A DNA stretch of 64,000 nt. It comes from Lysobacterales bacterium. Lineage in GTDB: Bacteria; Pseudomonadota; Gammaproteobacteria; Xanthomonadales; SZUA-5. The DNA lies in the NCBI GenBank assembly GCA_022844165.1, contig JALHMH010000005.1, forward strand, positions 96,001 to 160,000, in the 5' to 3' direction. Position 1 is the stretch's first letter. Each line of letters begins with the position of its first letter. Below the pieces are notes generated by a model. That model worked only from the letters and a program-made list of their open reading frames with translations, was not told where the DNA came from and ran no database searches. Shown here piece after piece: positions 11,514 to 20,629 of the stretch. A program made the translations under genes and the position numbers.

Positions 11514-11994
11514 ACCCCTGCTCGCTGCCTTGGTCGACAGTGTGCGCCAGGCGCTGAACCAACGGCCCGATCCACTGGTCGTCGGCATCCATTCGGGCGG
11601 CGTTTGGCTTGCACGACACCTCGCTCAGGCCATGCAACTGACCGATCCGATTGGAACCCTGGACATCAGCTTTTATCGCGACGATCTGTCGCGCAACGGG
11701 TTTAATCCAACGGTCCGTCCGTCGCAAATTCCCTGGGATATTGAAGGGCGCCACCTGCTATTGGTCGACGATGTGCTGTACTCGGGCCGCACCGTGCGTG
11801 CCGCGCTCAACGAGCTGTTCGATTACGGGCGCCCGGCGAGCGTTACGCTGGCAGCGCTGATTGCACGTAACGGCCGTGAGCTGCCCATCGAGCCGCAGGC
11901 GATTGGCGCACGTTTGCACCTGGAACCGAACCAGCAAATCAAACTGCGCGGGCCAGATCCGTTGCGCTTAGAGTTGATCGAGGCGCCAGCATGA
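11494..11994 (+). CDS. pyrR: Pyrimidine operon regulator / uracil PRTase PyrR
   Basis: [39 protein letters not shown]; TTG start. Confidence 0.94.
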   Translation: MQLPAIEPLLAALVDSVRQALNQRPDPLVVGIHSGGVWLARHLAQAMQLTDPIGTLDISFYRDDLSRNGFNPTVRPSQIPWDIEGRHLLLVDDVLYSGRTVRAALNELFDYGRPASVTLAALIARNGRELPIEPQAIGARLHLEPNQQIKLRGPDPLRLELIEAPA

Positions 11995-12953
11995 GTTTGC
12001 AGATCGACGCAGACGGTCGACTCAGGCATCTGTTGACGATCGACGGAATACCCAAACGGAATTTGACCGAGATCCTCGATCAGGCGGACGCGTTGAGGTC
12101 GGTCGCGTTGCGCGGCAACAAAAAACTGCCTTTGCTGCGCGGACGTACCGTCTGCAATCTCTTTTTTGAGCCATCGACCCGCACGCGCACCACTTTCGAA
12201 CTGGCGGCCGAGCGACTATCCGCGGATGTGATCAACATCGACATCGGCAGTTCGTCGACCAGCAAGGGTGAGAGTCTGCTCGACACCCTGGCCACGCTCG
12301 AGGCGATGCATTGCGATCTGTTCGTCGTGCGGCACCCAGATTCGGGCGCCGCGCATTTCATCGCCGAACATGCTAAGGAGGGCGTCGCCGTGCTCAATGC
12401 CGGCGATGGTCGGCATGCGCATCCTACTCAGGCTTTGCTCGACGCTTACACGATTCGCCGCCACAAGCCGCACTTCGAAACACTAACGGTCGCACTTGTT
12501 GGCGATCTTTTGCACTCGCGCGTGGCCAGGTCTGGCCTCACCTGCCTGGGCACACTCGGCATCGGCGAGCTGCGCGCAATCGGGCCGCGAACGCTGTTGC
12601 CGCCGACGCTCGATGAGTTGGGCGTGCGCGTGTTCACCGACTTCAACCAGGGCATCGCAGACTGCGATGTTGTCATCATGCTGCGCCTGCAGAAAGAGCG
12701 CATGCGCGGCGCTTTGGTACCTTCGGAAAGCGAGTACTTCAAGCGCTATGGCTTGACCGAGGAACGACTCGGCCGCGCCAAGCCAGATGCGATCGTGATG
12801 CACCCAGGCCCGATGAATCGCGGCGTAGAGATCGCCAGCGAAGTGGCCGACGGACCGCAGTCGGTCATTCTCGAGCAGGTGTCGAACGGTCTTGCCGTGC
12901 GCATGGCGGTGATGAGCCAGATCCTGGGCGCCGCGGTGAAGGAGGCGACGTGA
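11991..12953 (+). CDS. pyrB: Aspartate carbamoyltransferase catalytic subunit
   Basis: [41 protein letters not shown]. Confidence 0.97.
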   Translation: MSLQIDADGRLRHLLTIDGIPKRNLTEILDQADALRSVALRGNKKLPLLRGRTVCNLFFEPSTRTRTTFELAAERLSADVINIDIGSSSTSKGESLLDTLATLEAMHCDLFVVRHPDSGAAHFIAEHAKEGVAVLNAGDGRHAHPTQALLDAYTIRRHKPHFETLTVALVGDLLHSRVARSGLTCLGTLGIGELRAIGPRTLLPPTLDELGVRVFTDFNQGIADCDVVIMLRLQKERMRGALVPSESEYFKRYGLTEERLGRAKPDAIVMHPGPMNRGVEIASEVADGPQSVILEQVSNGLAVRMAVMSQILGAAVKEAT

Positions 12954-14230
12954 ACTTGCTCATTCGAGGTGCGCGTCTGCGATTTCCAAATCAAGACATC
13001 GACCGTGTCGGCGACGTCTTGTTCGCCCCCGGATGCATCATCGCCATCGACCCGCCGGAAGCGCTGACCGATGGCGCGCACGTCGTCCAGGCGCGCGGTG
13101 CATGGTTGATCCCGGGCCTGTGCGATCTGGCGGCGCGCCTGCGCGAACCCGGCGCAACGCACAAGGCCGATATCCGCTCCGAGGCAACTGCAGCACTGAT
13201 CAACGGCATCACGCACCTGACCTTGCCGCCGGACACAGATCCCGTCGTGGACACTACGGCGGTCACTGAGCTGATCCTGCGGCGTGCGCGCGAAGCCCGA
13301 GGTGCTACGGTGCATGTCATCGGCGCGCTCACGCGCGGCATGGGCGAAGAGACGCTGGCGGAACTCGGAACCCTGCGCACGGCGGGTTGTATCGCAGCGG
13401 GCAACATCGGACGACCGATTGGCAACAACAACGTGTTGCGTCGCGCGCTGCAGTACGCGGCTTCGCTGGATGTGCCGGTCCACCTCCAGTCTATGGATCC
13501 ATGGATCGGTGCCGATGGTGTTGCTCACGAAGGACGGGTTGCCGCATTGCAAGGACTGGCCGGCATCCCCGAAACCGCCGAGACCCTGGCCTTGGCGCGT
13601 GACCTGATGTTGGTCGAAGAGACCGGCGTGCGCGCGCACTTCGGGCGAGTTTCGACCGCGCGCGGTGCCGCGATGATCGGTGCCGCCAAAGCGCGCGGGT
13701 TGCCGATCACGGCCGACGCAGCAATGCCCAATCTGCTATTGAACGAAAACGACATACTGCCCTTCCGCAGCGCAGCGCACTTATGGCCGCCATTACGTAC
13801 GTCGACCGACCGCGATGCGTTGCGATCCGCGCTGGCAGACGGCACATTGGATGCGGTGTGCAGCGATCACCAGCCACACGATGCCGATGCCAAGCTCAAG
13901 CCCTTTCCAGCCACCGAGCCCGGCGCATCGGGACTCGATACTTTTATTGGCCTTGGTCTGAACCTGGTCGCCAATCGTGTGTTGACGGCAGAACAGTGGA
14001 TCGATCGCGCGGCGCACGCGCCGCGTCGCGTGCTGGGACTACCCGCGCCGCTGCTCGTGCCTGACGCCCTGCCCGATTTTGCGCTGATCGATGTCGATAC
14101 TGAGCGCCTGATCGAACCGACGACGATGACATCGCGGGGCAAGAACTCGCCGTTTCTGGGCTGGCGATTGCCCGGCGTTGTGCTTCTGGCCGCGATCGGC
14201 GACCGCGTTTATCTGCGGGGCGACGCATGA
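12950..14230 (+). CDS. pyrC: Dihydroorotase-like protein, probably the non-catalytic PyrC' subunit of ATCase
   Basis: [14 protein letters not shown] (HxH replaced by AAR), [18 protein letters not shown]; coupled to pyrB. Confidence 0.85.
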   Translation: MNLLIRGARLRFPNQDIDRVGDVLFAPGCIIAIDPPEALTDGAHVVQARGAWLIPGLCDLAARLREPGATHKADIRSEATAALINGITHLTLPPDTDPVVDTTAVTELILRRAREARGATVHVIGALTRGMGEETLAELGTLRTAGCIAAGNIGRPIGNNNVLRRALQYAASLDVPVHLQSMDPWIGADGVAHEGRVAALQGLAGIPETAETLALARDLMLVEETGVRAHFGRVSTARGAAMIGAAKARGLPITADAAMPNLLLNENDILPFRSAAHLWPPLRTSTDRDALRSALADGTLDAVCSDHQPHDADAKLKPFPATEPGASGLDTFIGLGLNLVANRVLTAEQWIDRAAHAPRRVLGLPAPLLVPDALPDFALIDVDTERLIEPTTMTSRGKNSPFLGWRLPGVVLLAAIGDRVYLRGDA

Positions 14231-14736
14231 TTGTCCGCCGTATTGCTGCGCTATGTGCCGCACTACTCAGCGCCTGCGCAACAGTGCCGCCACCGCCGCC
14301 GGCCGCGCCAGCTCTGCCGCCTCGGGATCGTGTTGCCGAACTACGTGCTCTTGCCATGCAAACGGCATCCCGCGTTGAGGTCGCACCGCTGCAGGATCCT
14401 GCCGTGAGTTATCTGCTACAACAAACCGATCAGGCGGAGAACCAGCGGGATTTCGACACCGCACTGCGCTATATCGACGACGCGCTCACGATTGAACCTA
14501 CCAATCCGCATCTTCTACAGAGAAAAGCAGAGGTCCTGCTGGCTAAGGGCGACTTTCTGGTTGCGGAGAAATGGGCGATGAAAAGTTACGACAGTGGCGC
14601 GCAGGTGGGCCAATGGTGCATTCGAAACTGGCTGCTGCTGGCCGAATCGCGTGATGCGCTGGGCGATCTGGCGACGTCTACGGCAGCACGCCAACGCGCC
14701 AAGGGCTGCCCGGTGCTGGCAAAGCCGCGGTTCTGA
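14227..14736 (+). CDS. TPR-containing lipoprotein
   Basis: Lipobox LLSAC, Pro-rich linker, TPR-like helices (ALTIEPTNP); ATGA overlap with pyrC'. Confidence 0.75.
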   Translation: MIVRRIAALCAALLSACATVPPPPPAAPALPPRDRVAELRALAMQTASRVEVAPLQDPAVSYLLQQTDQAENQRDFDTALRYIDDALTIEPTNPHLLQRKAEVLLAKGDFLVAEKWAMKSYDSGAQVGQWCIRNWLLLAESRDALGDLATSTAARQRAKGCPVLAKPRF

Positions 14737-14857
14737 TCAGCGCGACGAAGCAAACCCTAAGCCCAAACGGCCTCGGGCGGCGCATTCTGCTCCAGGCGTG
14801 ACCGAAAGCCCGGCAGCACAGTACCGGTCATCTGCACTGGGTTGTCAGCAAAGCAAC

Positions 14858-14874
14858 ATACGCGAGCGTATAGT
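14858..14874 (+). promoter_or_regulatory. Palindrome overlapping a candidate -10 box upstream of fadN-fadA
   Basis: ATACGC-GA-GCGTAT (14858-14871) overlapping TATAGT (14869-14874). Confidence 0.4.
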
Positions 14875-14933
14875 CTAATGACCGGGCATCATCCCTGCCC
14901 GCCGTTTCCATCCCTTAACCTCCCAGGTCCCTT

Positions 14934-17309
14934 ATGCCCGAGCAGAAGTTACTGGTTCGCAAGGCCGCCGTTTTAGGCGCCGGCGTCATGGGCGCGCAGA
15001 TTGCTGCGCACCTTGTCAATTGCGGCGTACCCGCCGTACTCTTCGAATTGCCGGCCAAAGAAGGCCCACGCAATGGCATGGTCGACAAGGCCATCGCCAA
15101 TTTGTCGAAGCTGAGCCCCTCGCCGATTGGACTTAAAAGCGTTCCCGCGGAAATCACACCGGCGAACTACGACGATCATCTCGAATTGCTGCGCGACTGC
15201 GATTTGATCATCGAAGCGGTCGCAGAGCGTATGGATATCAAGCTGTCGCTGTACAGCAAGATCGCGCCGTTCGTGAACGATGGCGCGGTGCTGGCGAGCA
15301 ACACCTCAGGATTGTCGATCACGAAATTGTCCGAGGCGTTGCCCGATGCATTGCGCCCGCGCTTCTGCGGCATCCATTTCTTCAATCCACCGCGTTACAT
15401 GCATCTCGTCGAGTTGATCCCTACAGCGAGCACTGCTGGTGGCGTGATCGACGCGCTGGAGTCGTTTGTTGTCACGACGTTGGGCAAGCGCGTGGTGCGC
15501 GCCAAAGACACGCCCAACTTCATCGGCAATCGTATCGGCGTGTTTTCGATCGCCTCAACGATGTACCACACCGAGCAGTTTGGCCTGGGTTTCGATGAGG
15601 TCGATGCGCTCACCGGCACGCTGATCGGACGCGCAAAAAGCGCTACTTATCGCACCAGCGACGTGGTCGGCCTGGACACCATGGCGCATACGATCAAGAC
15701 CATGGACGACACGTTGCCAAACGATCCATGGCACAAGTACTTCAAGGCACCGGTGTGGCTCCGAGCGTTGATCGATAAAGGCGCTCTGGGGCAGAAGACC
15801 AAGGCCGGATTTTTCCGCAAGAAAGGCGACGTGATCGAAGTCCTCGATCTCAAAGCGCAGGACTACCGCCCGAGCGCCGGCGAAGCGAGCGCCGAGGCCG
15901 AAGGCGCGCTGCGACAGAAGGGCTGGGCCGCGCGCTTGGAAGCGCTGCGCACCTCTGACGACAAACAGGCGCAGTTTATGTGGTCGTGCTTCCGCGATTT
16001 GTTCCACTATTGCGCGGTGCAACTTGAACACATCGCCGAAAGCGCGCGCGACATCGATTTCGCGATTCGCTGGGGTTATGGCTGGGAACAAGGTCCGTTC
16101 GAGATTTGGCAGCAGGCCGGCTGGGTGAAAGTGGCCGGTTGGATCGAGGCCGATATCAAAGCCGGCAAGACCATGAGCGATACGCCGCTGCCCGCCTGGG
16201 TTCTGGCGCGCGGCGATGCCGGTGTGCACAGCCCGGGCGGTTCCTACTCGCCGGTCGCCAATGCATTGGTGCCGCGATCGAATCTGTCGGTTTATCGTCG
16301 CCAGCACTTCCCGGATGCGATCTACACCGAAAGTTTCGATCAAGGCACGACGATTTTCGAGACCGACTCAGTACGCTGCTGGCACCAGGGCGATAGCGTC
16401 GCGATCTTGAGCTTCAAGAGCAAGATGAACACCATCGGCAAAGGTGTGCTCGATGGCATCCACCAAGCGATCGCCGAAGCCGAAAAAAACTTCGACGCCT
16501 TGGTGATATGGCAAACCGGCGAGCCGTTCAGCGCTGGCGCCGATTTGAAGGACGCCATGCCGGCACTCGCCGCAGGGCGCTTCGATGAGTTCGAGCAAGC
16601 CGTTGCGTACTTCCAGGCCACCAGCATGCGCATCAAGTATGCGCTGGTGCCGGTTGTTTCTGCCGTACGCGGCATGTGTCTCGGCGGCGGCTGCGAGTTT
16701 CAAATGCATTCGGCGAAGGCCGTCTTCGCGCTTGAGAGTTACATCGGCCTGGTCGAGGCGGGCGTTGGCCTGCTGCCCGCCGGCGGGGGCTTGAAAGAAT
16801 TGGCGCTGCGCGCGGCGAATACCGCGATCGGTGGCGATGTGTTCCAGCAAGTCCAGACCATCTTTGAAGTAGCGGCGATGGCCAAGGTTGCCACCAGTGC
16901 GCTGGAAGCCAAGGAAATGAAACTGGTCCGCGCTACCGATCCGATCATCGCCAACAAAGACGAGTTGCTGTTCGTTGCGAAAAACGAAGCGTTGGCGCTG
17001 GCGCGATCTGGCTATCGCCCACCGATGCCGGCCAAAGCCATCAAGGTTGCCGGCGACATCGGCTCGGCCACCATTCGCGCCCTGCTGACGAACATGCTGG
17101 AGGGTGGCTTCGTCTCTCAGCATGACGTTGAAGTGGCCTCGCGGATCGCCACAGTGCTGTCCGGCGGCGATGTCGAGCGCGGCTCAGAGGTCGACGAAGA
17201 GTGGTTACTGAACTTGGAGCGCAAAAACTTCGTCGCACTCGCGCAGATGCCGCTGACACAGGCGCGCGTCGCGCACACGATGCGCACCGGCAAACCCTTG
17301 CGGAACTAA
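14934..17309 (+). CDS. 3-hydroxyacyl-CoA dehydrogenase / enoyl-CoA hydratase (FadN-type)
   Basis: GAGVMG, SNTSGL, HFFNPPRYM, FIGNRIG; C-terminal crotonase domain FSAGADL, GGGCE; ends GKPLRN. Confidence 0.93.
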   Translation: MPEQKLLVRKAAVLGAGVMGAQIAAHLVNCGVPAVLFELPAKEGPRNGMVDKAIANLSKLSPSPIGLKSVPAEITPANYDDHLELLRDCDLIIEAVAERMDIKLSLYSKIAPFVNDGAVLASNTSGLSITKLSEALPDALRPRFCGIHFFNPPRYMHLVELIPTASTAGGVIDALESFVVTTLGKRVVRAKDTPNFIGNRIGVFSIASTMYHTEQFGLGFDEVDALTGTLIGRAKSATYRTSDVVGLDTMAHTIKTMDDTLPNDPWHKYFKAPVWLRALIDKGALGQKTKAGFFRKKGDVIEVLDLKAQDYRPSAGEASAEAEGALRQKGWAARLEALRTSDDKQAQFMWSCFRDLFHYCAVQLEHIAESARDIDFAIRWGYGWEQGPFEIWQQAGWVKVAGWIEADIKAGKTMSDTPLPAWVLARGDAGVHSPGGSYSPVANALVPRSNLSVYRRQHFPDAIYTESFDQGTTIFETDSVRCWHQGDSVAILSFKSKMNTIGKGVLDGIHQAIAEAEKNFDALVIWQTGEPFSAGADLKDAMPALAAGRFDEFEQAVAYFQATSMRIKYALVPVVSAVRGMCLGGGCEFQMHSAKAVFALESYIGLVEAGVGLLPAGGGLKELALRAANTAIGGDVFQQVQTIFEVAAMAKVATSALEAKEMKLVRATDPIIANKDELLFVAKNEALALARSGYRPPMPAKAIKVAGDIGSATIRALLTNMLEGGFVSQHDVEVASRIATVLSGGDVERGSEVDEEWLLNLERKNFVALAQMPLTQARVAHTMRTGKPLRN

Positions 17310-17319
17310 GGAGAAACCC

Positions 17320-18516
17320 ATGTCCCGTCAAATACAAGATGCTTACATCGTCTCCGCGGTCCGCACGCCAGTGGGCAAGGCGCCGAAGGGGATGTTCCGC
17401 AATACCCGCCCGGACGATTTGCTGGCGCACGCACTGCGAGGCGCAGTCGGGGCGGCACCGGGCGTCGATGTCAAGCGCATTGACGACGCGATCATCGGCT
17501 GCGCGATGCCGGAAGGCGAGCAAGGCATGAATGTCGCGCGTATCGCCGTGCTGCTCGCCGGCCTGCCGAATACTGTGGCGGCAATGACCATCAACCGCTT
17601 CTGCTCCTCCGGCAGCCAGGCCGTGGCCACTGCTGCAGATCGCATTCGCCTGGGTGAGGCCGATCTAATGCTCGCTGGCGGCACCGAGAGCATGAGCATG
17701 GTGCCAATGATGGGCGGCAAACCAGCATTCAACCCGGCGATTTTCAAGGACGAAAATGTCGCCATCGCCTACGGCATGGGCATCACGGCAGAGAAGGTGG
17801 CCGAGCGCTGGAATGTATCGCGCGAAGACCAGGATGTGTTCGCCTACAACTCTCACCAGAAAGCCATTGCGGCGATCGAGAAGGGCGAGTTCCGCGATGA
17901 GATCCTGCCGTTCCTGCTCGACGATCACTATCCCGATCTTGCCTCACGCGGCTTCAAGAACGACTCGCGCAAACTCGACACCGACGAAGGCCCGCGCAAG
18001 GACACCAACGTCGAGGCGCTGAACAAGTTGCGCGCAGTCTTCAAACAAGGCGGCAGCGTCACTGCCGGCAACTCCTCGCAGATGAGCGATGGCGCAGGTG
18101 CCGTATTGCTCGCCAGCGAGCGTGCAGTCAAGGAAATGGGCTTGACGCCACTCGCACGCTGGGTCGGCTACTCGGTCGCGGGCGTGCCGCCTGAAATCAT
18201 GGGTATCGGCCCGAAGGAGGCGATTCCCAAAGTTGCCAAGCTGACTGGCATCAACGTGGCCGACATCGACTGGATCGAGCTCAATGAAGCTTTCGCCGCA
18301 CAGGCGCTGGCTGTACTGCGCGACTCAGGTCTTGATCCGAACAAGGTCAATCCGCTCGGCGGCGCCATTGCACTGGGACATCCGCTCGGAGCCACAGGCG
18401 CAATTCGCACTGCAACCCTGGTCCACGGTCTGCGTCGACGTCAACAGAAGTACGGCATGGTCACCATGTGCATCGGCACCGGCATGGGCTTTGCTGGGAT
18501 CATCGAGCGCGTTTGA
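17320..18516 (+). CDS. fadA: Acetyl-CoA C-acyltransferase (thiolase)
   Basis: INRFCSSG, GNSSQMSDGA, NEAFA, GHPLGATG, MCIGTGMG; AAGGAG RBS. Confidence 0.94.
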   Translation: MSRQIQDAYIVSAVRTPVGKAPKGMFRNTRPDDLLAHALRGAVGAAPGVDVKRIDDAIIGCAMPEGEQGMNVARIAVLLAGLPNTVAAMTINRFCSSGSQAVATAADRIRLGEADLMLAGGTESMSMVPMMGGKPAFNPAIFKDENVAIAYGMGITAEKVAERWNVSREDQDVFAYNSHQKAIAAIEKGEFRDEILPFLLDDHYPDLASRGFKNDSRKLDTDEGPRKDTNVEALNKLRAVFKQGGSVTAGNSSQMSDGAGAVLLASERAVKEMGLTPLARWVGYSVAGVPPEIMGIGPKEAIPKVAKLTGINVADIDWIELNEAFAAQALAVLRDSGLDPNKVNPLGGAIALGHPLGATGAIRTATLVHGLRRRQQKYGMVTMCIGTGMGFAGIIERV

Positions 18517-18550
18517 TTCGCGATTGGGCGCTATTCAAGCGGTAACGCGG

Positions 18551-18583
18551 CGGCCCGGATGAAAATCTCGGGCCGTCTTCTTT
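18551..18583 (+). terminator. Rho-independent terminator of fadN-fadA
   Basis: CGGCCCG..CGGGCCG stem followed by TCTTCTTT. Confidence 0.65.
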
Positions 18584-18742
18584 GCATTGCCAGAGTCCTC
18601 GACGGATCCGAAACTCGTCGGTAGACGGCGCCACGTTAGAAGCTGGAAAGCACGCTGCGACCGATCTAGCAGGCAGTTGAGAAACAGCCTGCGGGCGCGA
18701 ACCATGGGTCCTGCACAGCAACCGGCGCGCGCCCGGCAGCGG

Positions 18743-19090
18743 TCAATCCTTCCAGATTTCCAGGCTATCGGCGTAACCGCCCAATAAATTCCATAACGGC
18801 GCCTCTTTTTCCGGCGGGATTTGGCTGAACGCGAATCCGACGTGTTCTTCGGTGACGCGCATGACATGCGCTTCGACGTGAATATTCAGCTCATCGCCGA
18901 ACAGCATATCGAGCACAAATCGGTCACCACGCGCTCCAATCCAATCGACCGGACGCACAACCATGACACCTGTAGCCGAAATATCCAGCAACTCGCTGGT
19001 CCAAGATTCATCGCCACGCATCATCAGCACAGCCGTATTGATCGGCATGCGGCGGTGGCGCTTCCCGACAGATGGATATCTCGACGTCAT
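18743..19090 (-). CDS. Stand-alone PilZ domain protein
   Basis: KRHRR plus DISATG (DxSxxG), beta-barrel pattern, HVGFAF. Confidence 0.82.
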   Translation of the reverse strand: MTSRYPSVGKRHRRMPINTAVLMMRGDESWTSELLDISATGVMVVRPVDWIGARGDRFVLDMLFGDELNIHVEAHVMRVTEEHVGFAFSQIPPEKEAPLWNLLGGYADSLEIWKD

Positions 19091-19177
19091 GCCAGCGCTT
19101 TACCCCGAAATTTCGTCTCCGCCCTGCAATGGGCGATCCAATGATGACTGATTGTTGGGCGCGCTGGTAGCCGTCGC

Positions 19178-20536
19178 TCACAACAACAGAACAGTCGCCA
19201 GACCCAAAAAGGCCAGAAATCCGACAACATCGGTAATCGTCGTTAACACAACGCCACCCGCCAATGCAGGATCGATCGCAAAACGCTTGAGCAGAAGTGG
19301 GATCAACACACCGGAGAACGCTGCGAAAAGAAGATTGATGATGATCGCAGCGCCGATGACGCCCGCGATTTTCCAATCTCCGAACCACAACCAGGCGACA
19401 AGCGCGACAACGACTGCCCAGATGACGCCGTTGATTGCGCCGATCGCGACCTCACGCGTCAACAGATCGCGTGCGTTATTCCAACTGACCTGGCCCAACG
19501 CCAATCCCCGCACAATCATCGTCAACGTCTGCGTGCCTGCGATACCACCCATGCTGGCGACAATTGGCATCAACACCGCGAGAGCGACGATCTGCTCCAG
19601 CGTCGCTTCGAATCGACCAATCACCCATGCCGCCAGGAACGCTGTCAGCAAATTGATGCCAAGCCACGTCGCCCGGCGCCGACTCGCCGCACTGATCGGC
19701 GCAAACATGTCTTCTTCTTCGTTCAGGCCGGCCATGGACATCAAATCATGTTCGGCTCGCTCACGAACCAGATCCATCACGTCGTCGACCGTAATCCGAC
19801 CGAGCAATCGGTAGTCCGCATCGACAACTGGTGCCGACAAATAACGGTGATTTTCGAACTCCTCAGAGACACGATCCACGGACATGGTGGCCACAATAGC
19901 CGGATGGGTATCGTCTACGATTTCAGCGATGGCCTGGTCCGGGTCGCTGGTCACGAGCGCAGTTAACGCAACGCGGCCGATGTACCGACCGTTGCGATTG
20001 AGCACAAACATGTGATCGGTACCCTCCGGCAACTCCCCGCGCATACGTAGATAACGCAGCACGACATCCACCGTCACGTCGGCGCGGACGGTCACCACAT
20101 CCGGATTCATCAGACGACCCGCTGAGTCGTCCGGGTACGACAGAACTTCGTTCAGTCGATCTCGATTCTCACGGTCCATCCCGCGAAGCAGCTCATCAAT
20201 GAGCTGTGCCGGCAAGTCGTCGACAAGGTCCGCCAGGTCGTCGATCTCGAGCGAGTTCAGGGCACTGATCAGCTCGGCATTGTCCATTTCTGCCAGCAGT
20301 CCGTCGCGGACCTCTTCGGCAACATGCACCAACACCTCGCCGTCGTCGTCCGGATCGACCAGATTCCAGACCACGCTGCGTTTTTCGCTTGGCAGCGACT
20401 CCAGCACGCGGGCGATTTCGCCGGGCGTCAAGGTGTCGAGCATGCGTTTGATCGGCGCCAATCGTCCCGTGGCGAGCGCCTCCGACAACGCACGTAACTG
20501 GCGCGTCTTCCGATCGTAGCGCTCGTTTTCGCTCAT
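19178..20536 (-). CDS. mgtE: Magnesium transporter MgtE
   Basis: YPDDSAGRLM, CBS pair, GRITVDD, MGGIAGTQ, DPALAGG, TTITDV; start MSENE at 20536 after a GGAGAG RBS. Confidence 0.95.
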   Translation of the reverse strand: MSENERYDRKTRQLRALSEALATGRLAPIKRMLDTLTPGEIARVLESLPSEKRSVVWNLVDPDDDGEVLVHVAEEVRDGLLAEMDNAELISALNSLEIDDLADLVDDLPAQLIDELLRGMDRENRDRLNEVLSYPDDSAGRLMNPDVVTVRADVTVDVVLRYLRMRGELPEGTDHMFVLNRNGRYIGRVALTALVTSDPDQAIAEIVDDTHPAIVATMSVDRVSEEFENHRYLSAPVVDADYRLLGRITVDDVMDLVRERAEHDLMSMAGLNEEEDMFAPISAASRRRATWLGINLLTAFLAAWVIGRFEATLEQIVALAVLMPIVASMGGIAGTQTLTMIVRGLALGQVSWNNARDLLTREVAIGAINGVIWAVVVALVAWLWFGDWKIAGVIGAAIIINLLFAAFSGVLIPLLLKRFAIDPALAGGVVLTTITDVVGFLAFLGLATVLLL

Positions 20537-20629
20537 GCTCAACTCTCCGTTCTGGCGGGCGGCGCCATCGGAGAATACGCGGGCAAGATATGCAAACCGA
20601 GAAGCACGCGGCGTGCAGCGCAACGCGGT

